NCBI GenBank assembly: GCA_963843575.1
Contig: CAWJKZ010000010.1
Location: forward strand, 96,001-160,000
From: an uncultured Acidobacteriota bacterium
GTDB taxonomy: Bacteria; Acidobacteriota; UBA6911
Length of the DNA stretch: 64,000 nt
Reading direction: 5' to 3'
Positions within the stretch are counted from its first letter, which is position 1. Each line of letters starts with the position of its first letter. This document shows positions 9,754 through 18,805 of the stretch, piece after piece. The translations under genes were made by a program, and so were the position numbers. Below the pieces are notes generated by a model, which had not been told where the DNA came from, searched no databases, and saw nothing but the letters and a program-made list of their open reading frames with translations.

Positions 9754-11112
9754 TCATTTTTTCAGGGCGATTTTGTCGCCATCGTTCAGCCCGTCGAGGC
9801 CGCGGACGACCAATTGCTCCCCTCCCGAGAGGCCCGACGAAATCTCCACCTGGCCCCAGAGCTCCTTGCCGGTCGTCACCGGCCTCCGGATGGCACGCCC
9901 CTCCTGCAGAAGGAACACGGCGGGGCCCGAAACCAAGGCAGACTTCGGGACAAGGATCCTCGCGGGTTGAGCGCCGGCCGATGGCCTGTTTTCCTCGAGG
10001 AAATTGACCTTCGCGTTGGTTTCCGGCCGGAGAAACTCGTCGGGAGCCGAGATCGCCACCTTCACCTGTATGGTCGCCTTCTGGCGGTTTGCCTCGGGGG
10101 CGATCTCCCTTACCCTGGCCTTGTACTTGCGGTCAGGGTAGCTGTCCGGGGAAACCAGACATGGCTGGCCAATGTGGACGCGCGGGATGTCCGCTTCGTT
10201 GATGTCGAGTTCCACCTCCAGTTCCTTCAGGTTGGCGATGCTGACCAGGGCTGACTTGGCGCCTCGTCCGCTGACATACCCGGTCGTCACCATCTCGCCC
10301 CTTTCTATGAGTCGCTCCAGGACCGTGCCGTCCACGGGCGCCCGGATGATCGTGTTTTCCAACTGGGCCTCCCACCAGCGGATGGCGGCCGCAGCTTCGG
10401 AGAGCTGTGCCCCGGCCAGCTCTATTTGCTCGCGGCGCGGCCCGAGCCGGGCCAGTTCGAAGTTTTCGCGGGCCACCTTGAGCTGGGCGACGGCGACCTC
10501 GTGGGCGTTCTGCGCGTCGTCGAGCACCTGCTTGGCGACGACTCCGCTCGAGTTGAGCTGGCGCGCGCGCTGGAGGTTGAGTTCGGCTGTCCTGACGTTG
10601 GCCGCTGCCTGCTCGACCGTGGCCTGGGCGCGCTGGATCTCCTGCGGGCGCGATCCCGCCGTCGCTTCGTTGAGCCGGGCCTGGGCAGCCGCGTGGCTGG
10701 CGCGCGCCTGGCCCAGCTGGGCCGTGATTTCGCGGTCGTCGAGCCGGGCGAGCACCTGCCCGCGCTTGACCGTGAAGCCCTTGTCGACGAGCAGTTCGGT
10801 CACCAGCCCGCTGAGCTTCGACGAGACTTCGACGCGGGTGCGCGGGATGACGTAGCCGCTCGCGGTCAGGAGGACGTCGTCGGCAGAAGGCGACTGCCGC
10901 ACGATGACGGCGACCTCGACTGCGCGCATCTTTGGAACGAGGGTGGCGAGGCTCACCGTCCCCGGGAAGAACACCACCGCCGCGGCGATCAGGAGCGCGA
11001 TCAGGGTGAAGCCGACGAGCAACACCACGGTTCGGCTGACTCCTCGGGCGCCCAGCTTCCTCTCGCGGTCGATCTTCAGAGACTGCAGGTCCTGGCTTAG
11101 TTTGTCAGGCAT
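9754..11112 (-). CDS. Efflux periplasmic adaptor subunit (HlyD/MacA-like)
   Basis: N-terminal TM, lipoyl half-motifs (VKRGQVLARLD, IRAPVDG) and a long coiled coil. Confidence 0.88.
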   Translation of the reverse strand: MPDKLSQDLQSLKIDRERKLGARGVSRTVVLLVGFTLIALLIAAAVVFFPGTVSLATLVPKMRAVEVAVIVRQSPSADDVLLTASGYVIPRTRVEVSSKLSGLVTELLVDKGFTVKRGQVLARLDDREITAQLGQARASHAAAQARLNEATAGSRPQEIQRAQATVEQAAANVRTAELNLQRARQLNSSGVVAKQVLDDAQNAHEVAVAQLKVARENFELARLGPRREQIELAGAQLSEAAAAIRWWEAQLENTIIRAPVDGTVLERLIERGEMVTTGYVSGRGAKSALVSIANLKELEVELDINEADIPRVHIGQPCLVSPDSYPDRKYKARVREIAPEANRQKATIQVKVAISAPDEFLRPETNAKVNFLEENRPSAGAQPARILVPKSALVSGPAVFLLQEGRAIRRPVTTGKELWGQVEISSGLSGGEQLVVRGLDGLNDGDKIALKK

Positions 11113-11364
11113 GGCGCAACTCTCATCCTGTCGATTTCCTGATATAAATCCGCTCCGGGCGAAACATTCAGGGTAAAGAGCGCCCGGCGGCGCGACCGCA
11201 GCATCTACCCTCGTCTCAACAACACCGCCGCCGGGCCTGCCCGTTGTGTGTGTATCGGCTTACAGGCTCCACAGTACTACCGACCGGCTCGCAGGCAAAC
11301 CCGTTTCCGGTGAATGGCGCAAAGCTCCGGGCGAATGGCGCCCGATGCACTATAATGGGCTGCG

Positions 11365-11661
11365 ATGCGCATCTTTTTCGAGCGCACCGGCGGTTTCGCG
11401 GGGCGGAAACTGCAGGCGCGCGTGGACACCTCGGCGCTGCCGGAGGCCGAAGCGGGCCGTTTGCATCGCCTCGTGACGGACTCGCGGTTTTTTGACCTGC
11501 CCGCGCGCCTCGAAGCGTCCGGGCCGCAAGCGGACCGGTTTCGCTACGTGGTAACCGTGCAGGCCGAGTCCCGCTCCCACACGGTCCAGGCCTCCGAGGC
11601 GGCCGTACCTGCCCGCATGCGACCCCTCCTCGACTGGCTCACCCGCCAGGGTCGTCCCTAG
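11365..11661 (+). CDS. Protealysin inhibitor emfourin (M4in)-like
   Basis: MRIFFERTGGFAG start, DRFRYVVTV, 98 aa, near a protealysin-like gene. Confidence 0.85.
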   Translation: MRIFFERTGGFAGRKLQARVDTSALPEAEAGRLHRLVTDSRFFDLPARLEASGPQADRFRYVVTVQAESRSHTVQASEAAVPARMRPLLDWLTRQGRP

Positions 11662-11662
11662 A

Positions 11663-11727
11663 CCGTTCCACGGGATTCAAATGTAGGTCTTTTCCGTGTT
11701 CTTCCGTGTCTTCCGTGGCGAGCCTTT
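11663..11727. repeat. Short palindromic dispersed repeat, copy 2 (inverted relative to copy 1)
   Basis: Reverse complement AAGGCTCGCCACGGAAGACACGGAAGAACACGGAAAAGACCTACATTTGAATCCCGTGG aligns with 1044-1094; has an extra CACGGAAGA unit. Confidence 0.65.
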
Positions 11728-11803
11728 TGCGGGGCCTCCGCCCGGCTGCAGCAGAAGAAATAAGCGGGGCCCGAGCGAAACTACCGCCGCAGGAGGAGTG
11801 GCT

Positions 11804-12349
11804 ATGCGGTGGAGATGGGGGTTGCTCCTGGGCACTGTGGCGCTGGCGTGCCTGTTCCTGGTGGCGTCGCAGGTGGTGGCGTTCCGGCATCGGGGCCTGC
11901 GGCCGGGAGAGATGCTTCCGAGCGCCACCCTGTGTGCGACATCCGGCGCGACGGTGAAAACAGAAAGCTGGCGCGGCAGCCCCACCCTGCTCGTGCTTTT
12001 CCGGCCGACGTGCCCGGCGTGCAGGGCTGAGATTGCCCTGCTGTCGGAGGTCGCACCCGAATTGGAGGGGCTGCGGATCGTGCTGCTGTCGGTCCAGTCC
12101 AGGGTGCAGGAAGACGACTTGCCGTTTCCCGTTTACACGGACCCTGACGGGAGCCTCCTGCGCAGGACGCGGAAGCTGCTGGTACCGGTGGTGTACGGCA
12201 TGGACCCCGAGGGGCGCGTCGTCTATGCCCGAGTGGGAAGCGGGAGCCGCGAGGAGGAACGGGCGATGCTTCGGCACCTGCTTTCCCGCCCTGGTTCATT
12301 GTTCAAAACCCTGCCGGAAGCGGGCGCCACGACGCGGCAGCCCGGGTAA
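11804..12349 (+). CDS. Membrane-anchored TlpA/AhpC-TSA-like thioredoxin-fold protein
   Basis: AGGAGGAG RBS, N-terminal TM, CPAC motif, FPVYTDPDG and DPEGRV. Confidence 0.75.
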   Translation: MRWRWGLLLGTVALACLFLVASQVVAFRHRGLRPGEMLPSATLCATSGATVKTESWRGSPTLLVLFRPTCPACRAEIALLSEVAPELEGLRIVLLSVQSRVQEDDLPFPVYTDPDGSLLRRTRKLLVPVVYGMDPEGRVVYARVGSGSREEERAMLRHLLSRPGSLFKTLPEAGATTRQPG

Positions 12350-12404
12350 CGCTTTTTTGTGCTAGAGTCTCCACGGATTCCAAATCCGAATGGAGTGGGT
12401 CTCG

Positions 12405-13427
12405 ATGACGCCTCGCGGCATTATCCCGCCGTACATCCTCCGTGCGATCGCCCAAAACGGAAGCTCGCGCCAGCAGGCGTGGGCCTGGTCCACCTTGACC
12501 GACACCGAGCAGTTCCGCGGACAGCGCAGGGTGCTCGCCCCGGTGTCCATCCTGGCGGTGCCCGGCACCGGGAAGAAGCGGCGCACCGTGTACGACGCCC
12601 GCCACAAGTACGAATTGCCCGGCCGGCTGGTACGCACCGAGGGAGAGTCGAAATCCAGGGATCCGGCGGTCAACGAAGCCTACGACGGGTGCGGAGCGAC
12701 CTACGATCTCCTCGCCCGCGTCTTCTCGCGCAACTCCCTCGACGACCGCGGGCTGCGGCTCGTCTCGTCCGTGCACTACGGCCACGCGTACGACAACGCC
12801 TTCTGGGACGGCCGCCAGATCGTTTTCGGGGACGGCGATGGGGAAGTGTTTGCCCGCTTCACCCGTGCCCTCGACGTGATCGGGCACGAACTGACTCACG
12901 GCATGGTCGAGTTCGTGGCCGGGCTGAAATACCAGGGACAACCCGGCGCCCTGAGCGAGTCGTTCGCCGATGTCTTCGGATCCCTCGTCAAGCAGTATAA
13001 GAAGAAGCAGTCGGCTGCCGAAGCTGACTGGCTCATCGGCGGGGACTTGTTCATGCCGGGCATAAACGGGAGGGGGATACGGTCGATGTCCGCGCCGGGG
13101 AGCGCCTACGACGATCCCCTGCTCGGGAGGGACCCTCAACCCGGGCACATGCGAGATTACATCCGCACCACCGACGACAACGGGGGTGTCCACCTGAACT
13201 CGGGTATCCCGAACCGGGCGTTCTACGGGGCGGCCGCACGGCTCGGCGGCTGCTCCTGGGAAAGGGCGGGCCGCGTCTGGTACACCACGCTCGTCAACCG
13301 GGTGAAACAGGGAACGACGTTCCGCGACGCCATGAACTTCACCGTGCAGACTGCAGGGGAACTGTACGGGACCGGGAGTGCCGAACACAAGGCTGTACGT
13401 GAGGCTTGGGCCGAAGTCGGGCTGTAG
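12405..13427 (+). CDS. M4-family protealysin-like metalloprotease
   Basis: Short propeptide IIPPYIL, NAFWDG, HELTH, ESFAD, DNGGVHLNSGIPN; no signal peptide. Confidence 0.92.
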   Translation: MTPRGIIPPYILRAIAQNGSSRQQAWAWSTLTDTEQFRGQRRVLAPVSILAVPGTGKKRRTVYDARHKYELPGRLVRTEGESKSRDPAVNEAYDGCGATYDLLARVFSRNSLDDRGLRLVSSVHYGHAYDNAFWDGRQIVFGDGDGEVFARFTRALDVIGHELTHGMVEFVAGLKYQGQPGALSESFADVFGSLVKQYKKKQSAAEADWLIGGDLFMPGINGRGIRSMSAPGSAYDDPLLGRDPQPGHMRDYIRTTDDNGGVHLNSGIPNRAFYGAAARLGGCSWERAGRVWYTTLVNRVKQGTTFRDAMNFTVQTAGELYGTGSAEHKAVREAWAEVGL

Positions 13428-13550
13428 CTGCCCAAGTGCCGGGCTGAGGAGGCTTTCCGACAGTCGACGGTTTCCGTAAAGACACGTGCGTCCGGGCTCC
13501 ACCCGGACTGGGGCCGCGTCGAGCCGACGCGGCCCACTTCGGCGCGAACA

Positions 13551-14546
13551 TCACACGGCGGGTGTGATGACGCGGCAGCCGATGGCCGCAAGCGATTCCG
13601 TGAGCCGGTCCAGCATGGCATGGTCTTCGTAGATGCCGAGGATCGATCCACCGGATCCGGCGTAGTGCGCGGAAGCCCCGGCAGCGCGCGCCCGCATCAC
13701 CATATCCACGTTGCGGGGATCCAGCTTGTAGATGGACGCGCGTGTGTCGAAGTTCTCGTCGATCAAGGCCCCCAGTCGCACGTGATCCCCGCGCAGGAGG
13801 CATTCCCGGCCTTCCAGGGCGAGATCCGCCACATGCTGCATCGCCTCGACCACCGCCTTCTCTCCCGACTCCCAGCGGGCCCGGATGTTGCTGTGGAATA
13901 TGCCGGAGATCTCGCTCAGGTCGGTCCGGTAGGCGACGTAGAGAGGCGGCAGAAGGGCAGGGTCGAGCGACTCGTAGCAGCCATGACCGTGCCGCTCCAT
14001 GAGCTCCCGGTTGAAATCCATGTAGGTGAGGCCGCCGTAGACCTGCGCCACCCGGTCCTGAAGACCGGCGGCGATGCCGATCTCCCGGGTTTCGACCGAG
14101 AGGATCAGGCCGGGGAGGATCGGCTTCGGAATGGAGACTTCGTAAAATAACATCAAGGCGCGAAAAACCGCCGTGATAATGGCGCTCGATCCCGCGAGGC
14201 CAACCTGGCGTGGGATGTCGGTCTCGTACCGGAGTGCGAAATTGCGGTCGTGGAGCTTGATGCCCTTTTCGGTGCAATAGTCGGCAAACCGCTTGATCGC
14301 GGCCTTGATCAGGCGGAGCCCCCCGTAATAGCCGTTCAGTTGCACATCCTGGACGAGTTCACCCAACCGGTCGAAGCAGCAGCGATCCTGCCGACTCAGG
14401 ATGATCTCCAGCTCGGGCCATTCATACAGCACGACCCGCGCGCTGAAGTTCTTCACGATGACGGAGATCGTCCGCCCGAAATACGCGTCCGACGGATTGC
14501 CCAGCATTCCGGCGCGGGCGTGCGCAACGGTTCGGATCACCCTCAT
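13551..14546 (-). CDS. GHMP-family sugar kinase, glucuronokinase-like
   Basis: [32 protein letters not shown] loop, [14 protein letters not shown] and GSGG. Confidence 0.85.
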   Translation of the reverse strand: MRVIRTVAHARAGMLGNPSDAYFGRTISVIVKNFSARVVLYEWPELEIILSRQDRCCFDRLGELVQDVQLNGYYGGLRLIKAAIKRFADYCTEKGIKLHDRNFALRYETDIPRQVGLAGSSAIITAVFRALMLFYEVSIPKPILPGLILSVETREIGIAAGLQDRVAQVYGGLTYMDFNRELMERHGHGCYESLDPALLPPLYVAYRTDLSEISGIFHSNIRARWESGEKAVVEAMQHVADLALEGRECLLRGDHVRLGALIDENFDTRASIYKLDPRNVDMVMRARAAGASAHYAGSGGSILGIYEDHAMLDRLTESLAAIGCRVITPAV

Positions 14547-15412
14547 TTCGGCACCTGGACAAGGGAGGCCAGCTTCGGGTACTCGGCCAGCGCGAACTCG
14601 ATGAACGCCTGAAAGTAGCTCTCGAAATTCCCGATGTCGTACCGGCGTTCACCCGCAGGCAAATGCATGCCGACGATCTTCTTCCCCTCCGCGAGCAGTA
14701 TCCGGATAGCATCGGTGAGCTGGATCTCGCCGTTTTTTCCCGGCGGCGTCTTCTCGAGCGCGGGGTAGACCTCGGGCGAGAAGACGTACCGGGAGGCGAT
14801 CGCCAGGTTGCTCGGGGCAGACTCGACCGAGGGCTTTTCGACGAGGTCGGTAATCAGGAAGGCTCCCCCCCCGAGGTCCGCACCCTCTTTGACCACCCCG
14901 TAGGAGGCGACAGACTCGCGCGCCACCTGTTCCACCGCGATCACACACCCGGCGCGCTCCGTCTCGAACACGTCCATCATGCAGCGCACCACGGTGGAGT
15001 TGCCGTGCAGGCCAATGATGCTGTCCCCGAGGGCGACGACGAAGGGTGCGTCCTGGGTGTAGTGCCGGGCGCACAGAATCGCATCCCCGAGACCCTTTTG
15101 CCGCCGCTGGCGGGTAAAAAAGAACTGCACGCGCATCCGCTCGTAGTCGAGTTCGGAGAGCAGATCCTCCTTCCCGGTCTCGCGCAGGTAGCGCATCAGC
15201 TCGTGGTCGAAGTCAAAGTGGTTTTCGATCGAACTCTTCCCTTTTCCGGTTATAAACAGGATCTGCTTCAGCCCGTTCGCCTCGAGTTCTTCGACCACGT
15301 ACTGGACGACGGGCTTCTTGGCGACGGGGAGCATCTCTTTGGGCTGCGACTTGGTGGCGGGGAGCAGTCTCGTCCCCAATCCGGCAACCGGCACGACAGC
15401 AATAGGTATCAT
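14543..15412 (-). CDS. UTP--sugar-1-phosphate uridylyltransferase (GalU-like)
   Basis: [40 protein letters not shown] and RYDIG; ATGA overlap with the kinase. Confidence 0.88.
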   Translation of the reverse strand: MIPIAVVPVAGLGTRLLPATKSQPKEMLPVAKKPVVQYVVEELEANGLKQILFITGKGKSSIENHFDFDHELMRYLRETGKEDLLSELDYERMRVQFFFTRQRRQKGLGDAILCARHYTQDAPFVVALGDSIIGLHGNSTVVRCMMDVFETERAGCVIAVEQVARESVASYGVVKEGADLGGGAFLITDLVEKPSVESAPSNLAIASRYVFSPEVYPALEKTPPGKNGEIQLTDAIRILLAEGKKIVGMHLPAGERRYDIGNFESYFQAFIEFALAEYPKLASLVQVPK

Positions 15413-15475
15413 GCGGCCACTATTTATCACGGAAGCCCGGTCAAGAGAAGTTTGGTCTTCCAGCCCCGTACAGCG

Positions 15476-16246
15476 CTAGCGGCGCAGCCAGACCCGAACC
15501 CGGTAGTTCAACAGTCCGACGTACTCGTGCAGCGCGGCGTAGGTGTCTCTGGCTGCCGACTCGGACGGGAACAGGGCCAGCGGGCTGAGCGGAATGGGGG
15601 CGACGACGAAATCGCCGGGGGCGGCGACCGGCTCCGGGGCGATCGCGGAGAAGATGAACATGCTGCGCGGCATGTGCAGCGCGGAGGTGACCAGCAGGTA
15701 ACGACGCCATCCGCGGCCGCGCAGGATCACGCGGACCTGCTCCGCGCTCTCGAAGGTGTCGCGGGAACGGGGTTCAGGGACGATGTCGGCGGGTGGCACG
15801 CCCCAGCGCGCCAGGGTGTCGCAGGCCGCCTGGTTTTCTCCCTGCGCCGGGGTGAAGGGGTCGACGTGGCCGCCGGAGACGACGATCGGTTTGCGGACCT
15901 GCCGGTACAGGCGGAGCGCTTCGTCCAGGCGCCGGAACATCGAGACGTCTATTTGAGGCCGAGGGACCAGCCCTCCGGGCGGGGTCACACCGCCGGTTAG
16001 GACCACGATTGCGTCGTAGGAACCGACGGAGCGACAGTCGCGGACGGGCGGGTAACGAGATTCCAGGTAGTAACCGATGCCCCGGGCCGCGATGCCCGAG
16101 TGAAGGGCCGCGATGAACACGATCGAAAACAGCAGCAGAAGGCGCGCCCACGAGCGTCGCCAGAACACGAAAACGGCGCATAGCGCCAGCAGCCACAACC
16201 CGGGCGGGAGCAGCAGCAGCTTGAGAAACTGTTTCACGACGAGCAT
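15476..16246 (-). CDS. YdcF/ElyC/SanA-family (DUF218) membrane protein
   Basis: Two N-terminal TMs, DAIVVL, SGG, SRDTFE, LLVTSALHMPRS and LHEYVG. Confidence 0.85.
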   Translation of the reverse strand: MLVVKQFLKLLLLPPGLWLLALCAVFVFWRRSWARLLLLFSIVFIAALHSGIAARGIGYYLESRYPPVRDCRSVGSYDAIVVLTGGVTPPGGLVPRPQIDVSMFRRLDEALRLYRQVRKPIVVSGGHVDPFTPAQGENQAACDTLARWGVPPADIVPEPRSRDTFESAEQVRVILRGRGWRRYLLVTSALHMPRSMFIFSAIAPEPVAAPGDFVVAPIPLSPLALFPSESAARDTYAALHEYVGLLNYRVRVWLRR

Positions 16247-16568
16247 TGCGGCACCAGCCTCCCGCGGTCCGGAGTTTGTGCCGGCATTATCCACCGCGGA
16301 ACCGCGGGACGCAACCGACGGCCGGTTCGACCTGAACCTGTGGGTCGGGCGCGCCAGGGGGGGACAGGCAAAAATGAATGGCCCGCTCCCCGCCGCCATC
16401 TGTGGAGCTCTTTGAGGCCTCGACGTGAATTCCATGCCCGAACTCTTGGGCTCCAAGGCCTGGCGCCGAGGCAGGGGGCGTTCCTGCCGCAGGTTTACCG
16501 GGAAAGAGGCGTCACACTTCAGAGCGATTTTGTTAATTTCCCGGCCCCGGAAGTCCGATCAGACACAC

Positions 16569-17390
16569 ATGGCTACTTTCGCACTAACACTCACGATGCT
16601 GCTACAAGTCGTCTCGTCTTCGGAGATGAACTGTGTCGGGTTTATCCGCAACAGCCAACTGGCGGCCGAGGTCTTTGTCGCCGGCACGAACGAGGAAGGG
16701 ACAACCGCCCTGGCGGTCGAAGGTCACCTTGTTTATCTGAACGGCCCGGGGCTGTCCACACTCAGGGCGAGCGGGATATACCGGGTCGTGCGTCCCGAAG
16801 GTGCTCTCCAGGACCGCGGGACGCGGGAAGAAATGGGGACCTATTTCAGGTCGCTGGCCACGGTGCGGATTGAGAGGGTCGACGCCGAGAGTGCCGCGGC
16901 GGTCGTCCTGAGCACTTGCCAGCCGATCGCAAAGGGGGACCTGGTCGTTCCGGCGCTCGAACCGGGCCCCGTCGAGTTCAAGGGGGAGTTGTCGAACCGC
17001 CTGACGGCGTTTCCAGCGGAGGGGTTGAGCAGCGTAATCATCCTCGGCGAGGCAGACCTGCACCAGATGGCCACCGGAAACTTCTGCTTCATCAAGGTTG
17101 GGACGCGCGACGGAGTCAAGCCCGGGGACCGGTTCACCGTGTATCGCCTGCCGCCCCCCTTCCAGAACCGCGATCTGCTGGTCAACGGCGACGGGTGGAA
17201 GCAGAGCTACCGGAAGGTGAAAGTGGCGAGCTACGACCCTCGGCTGATCGCCATGCTGCGGGAACGCAACCTCCCGCCCCGGCCGATCGGCGACATCGTG
17301 GTTGTCGAGGCCGGGGAAACTTCGGCCGCGGCCCGCGTCGTCAACAGCCTGGTCGAGATCGAGCTGGGAGACGTCGTCGTCCGGAGATAG
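16569..17390 (+). CDS. Exported hypothetical protein with a FlgT-C/TsaP-like beta-rich region
   Basis: Short hydrophobic N-terminus; GTRDGVKPGDRFTVYR and GDIVVVE...AAARVVNS.VEIELGD patterns. Confidence 0.5.
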   Translation: MATFALTLTMLLQVVSSSEMNCVGFIRNSQLAAEVFVAGTNEEGTTALAVEGHLVYLNGPGLSTLRASGIYRVVRPEGALQDRGTREEMGTYFRSLATVRIERVDAESAAAVVLSTCQPIAKGDLVVPALEPGPVEFKGELSNRLTAFPAEGLSSVIILGEADLHQMATGNFCFIKVGTRDGVKPGDRFTVYRLPPPFQNRDLLVNGDGWKQSYRKVKVASYDPRLIAMLRERNLPPRPIGDIVVVEAGETSAAARVVNSLVEIELGDVVVRR

Positions 17391-17401
17391 CTGCGAAGCG
17401 T

Positions 17402-18001
17402 TCAGGAACCCGGCCCGGACGATTCGTCCTCGGGCGCGGCGGCCGGGGTTGCACGTTGCGGCTCCGCAAAAACTTGTGCCTCGAAGGTGTGGATGACGGT
17501 TGCAGGGTCAGCCGCCCTGTCTTCCGCCAGCCCCGCCTTGCGGCACGTCTGCGCCACAAACGTCGTCCGGTCCCAGTCGTACTGAGTGGCGACCTGTGGC
17601 AGCAGCAGGCCGCGGTTCGAACCCCGCACGATATACAGCCCGTGCCTTCCCACCTCAATCTCTTCAAGGTTCCGGATACGGCGGAACGGGGTCAACACCG
17701 AGATTTCAATGGTAAGGTGCGGCAGCTCTTCCGCGGTCACGGGCGAGAAGCGCAGGTCTTCGACCGCTGCGCTGACGGCGCAACGCTGCACGGTGCGGAA
17801 GAGCTCGCGTTCAGGTGCCAGCTGGCCGATGCAGCCGCGCAGTTCGGCGCCCCGGTGCAGCGAGACGAAGGCCCCGCTGCGCGCGCGCAGCTCCGGCCTG
17901 CTGGTGTGGTACTCCGGGACAGTGCTGGTGGCCAGGTAACTTTCCAGCGTGGCGCGCGCCAGAAGCAGGAGCTCGGTTTTGGCAGAATCGTTGAGAACCA
18001 A
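17402..18001 (-). CDS. amrA: AmmeMemoRadiSam system protein A (AMMECR1 family)
   Basis: GAFVSL, LRGCIG, D.RF, EISVLTP, GRHGL, GLLLPQVA and CRKAGL. Confidence 0.92.
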   Translation of the reverse strand: MVLNDSAKTELLLLARATLESYLATSTVPEYHTSRPELRARSGAFVSLHRGAELRGCIGQLAPERELFRTVQRCAVSAAVEDLRFSPVTAEELPHLTIEISVLTPFRRIRNLEEIEVGRHGLYIVRGSNRGLLLPQVATQYDWDRTTFVAQTCRKAGLAEDRAADPATVIHTFEAQVFAEPQRATPAAAPEDESSGPGS

Positions 18002-18024
18002 GGTTCAGCCGCCCTGTGCGTAAT

Positions 18025-18708
18025 CTAGAGGTCCACGGGGCCCTGGCGTCCCAGCGAGGCGCGCTGGCGCAGGCGCTCCATCTTCCGGAGCCGCCGCAGC
18101 TCGCGGCGCTCCTCAATGCGCTGCCGGCGGCGCTCCAGGATCTTGAGGCGCCGGTACTCCCGGTGTTTGATGCTGTTGTCGAGTCTCGACCAGAACTCGC
18201 GGAAGTATTGAACCATCGAAAGCAGGGCAAAAAACACCACCGCCCAGAGTAAGGCGTTGGCGGTCTGCAGTACCCAGCCCCCTCGCACGCGGCCGAGTAT
18301 GAGGCCGACGACCGCCGCCACCTGGGCGACCATCTTCCCCTTGCCCAGGCGGGACGCGTCGATCGTGAAGCCCTCGTGCGCCGCAATGCTGCGCAGCCCG
18401 CTGACGGCAAACTCCCGACCGATGATGATCACGACCATCCAGGCCGGGGCGATGCCCAGCTGAACGAGGGAGACGAGGGCCGAACAGATCAGCAGTTTGT
18501 CCGCGATCGGGTCGAGCAGCCGCCCTAGCGTCGTCACCTGCTTGCGTTTGCGGGCAAAGTAGCCGTCCAGCAGATCAGTGAGGGCGGCAGAAAGAAAAAG
18601 GCCGGACCCCCAGAACTCCCAATGCGCAATCTGCTTCGTGAGCAGCACGACAACCACGAAGGGGACCAGAAAGATCCGGGCCAATGTCAGTGCGTTGGGG
18701 AGATTCAT
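18025..18708 (-). CDS. pgsA: CDP-diacylglycerol--glycerol-3-phosphate 3-phosphatidyltransferase
   Basis: MNLPNALT start; CDP-alcohol motif DLLDGYFAR...GRLLDPIADK. Confidence 0.9.
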   Translation of the reverse strand: MNLPNALTLARIFLVPFVVVVLLTKQIAHWEFWGSGLFLSAALTDLLDGYFARKRKQVTTLGRLLDPIADKLLICSALVSLVQLGIAPAWMVVIIIGREFAVSGLRSIAAHEGFTIDASRLGKGKMVAQVAAVVGLILGRVRGGWVLQTANALLWAVVFFALLSMVQYFREFWSRLDNSIKHREYRRLKILERRRQRIEERRELRRLRKMERLRQRASLGRQGPVDL

Positions 18709-18805
18709 AGCCGGCTACTTTGCTGCCACTAGGGTACCACAGCTTAAACCGGTATCGACACAAGCAAAGAATCTGCCGGCGGCGGTGCTGTCCCGGTTCC
18801 GGGGT

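Noticed and set aside
11293-11346. Resemblance to a c-di-GMP-I riboswitch (GGCAAACC...GGCGCAAAGCTCCGGG)
   Set aside because: No GNRA tetraloop, the 3' pairing is poor, and a TATAAT downstream suggests emfourin is transcribed without this region; an Infernal scan would settle it
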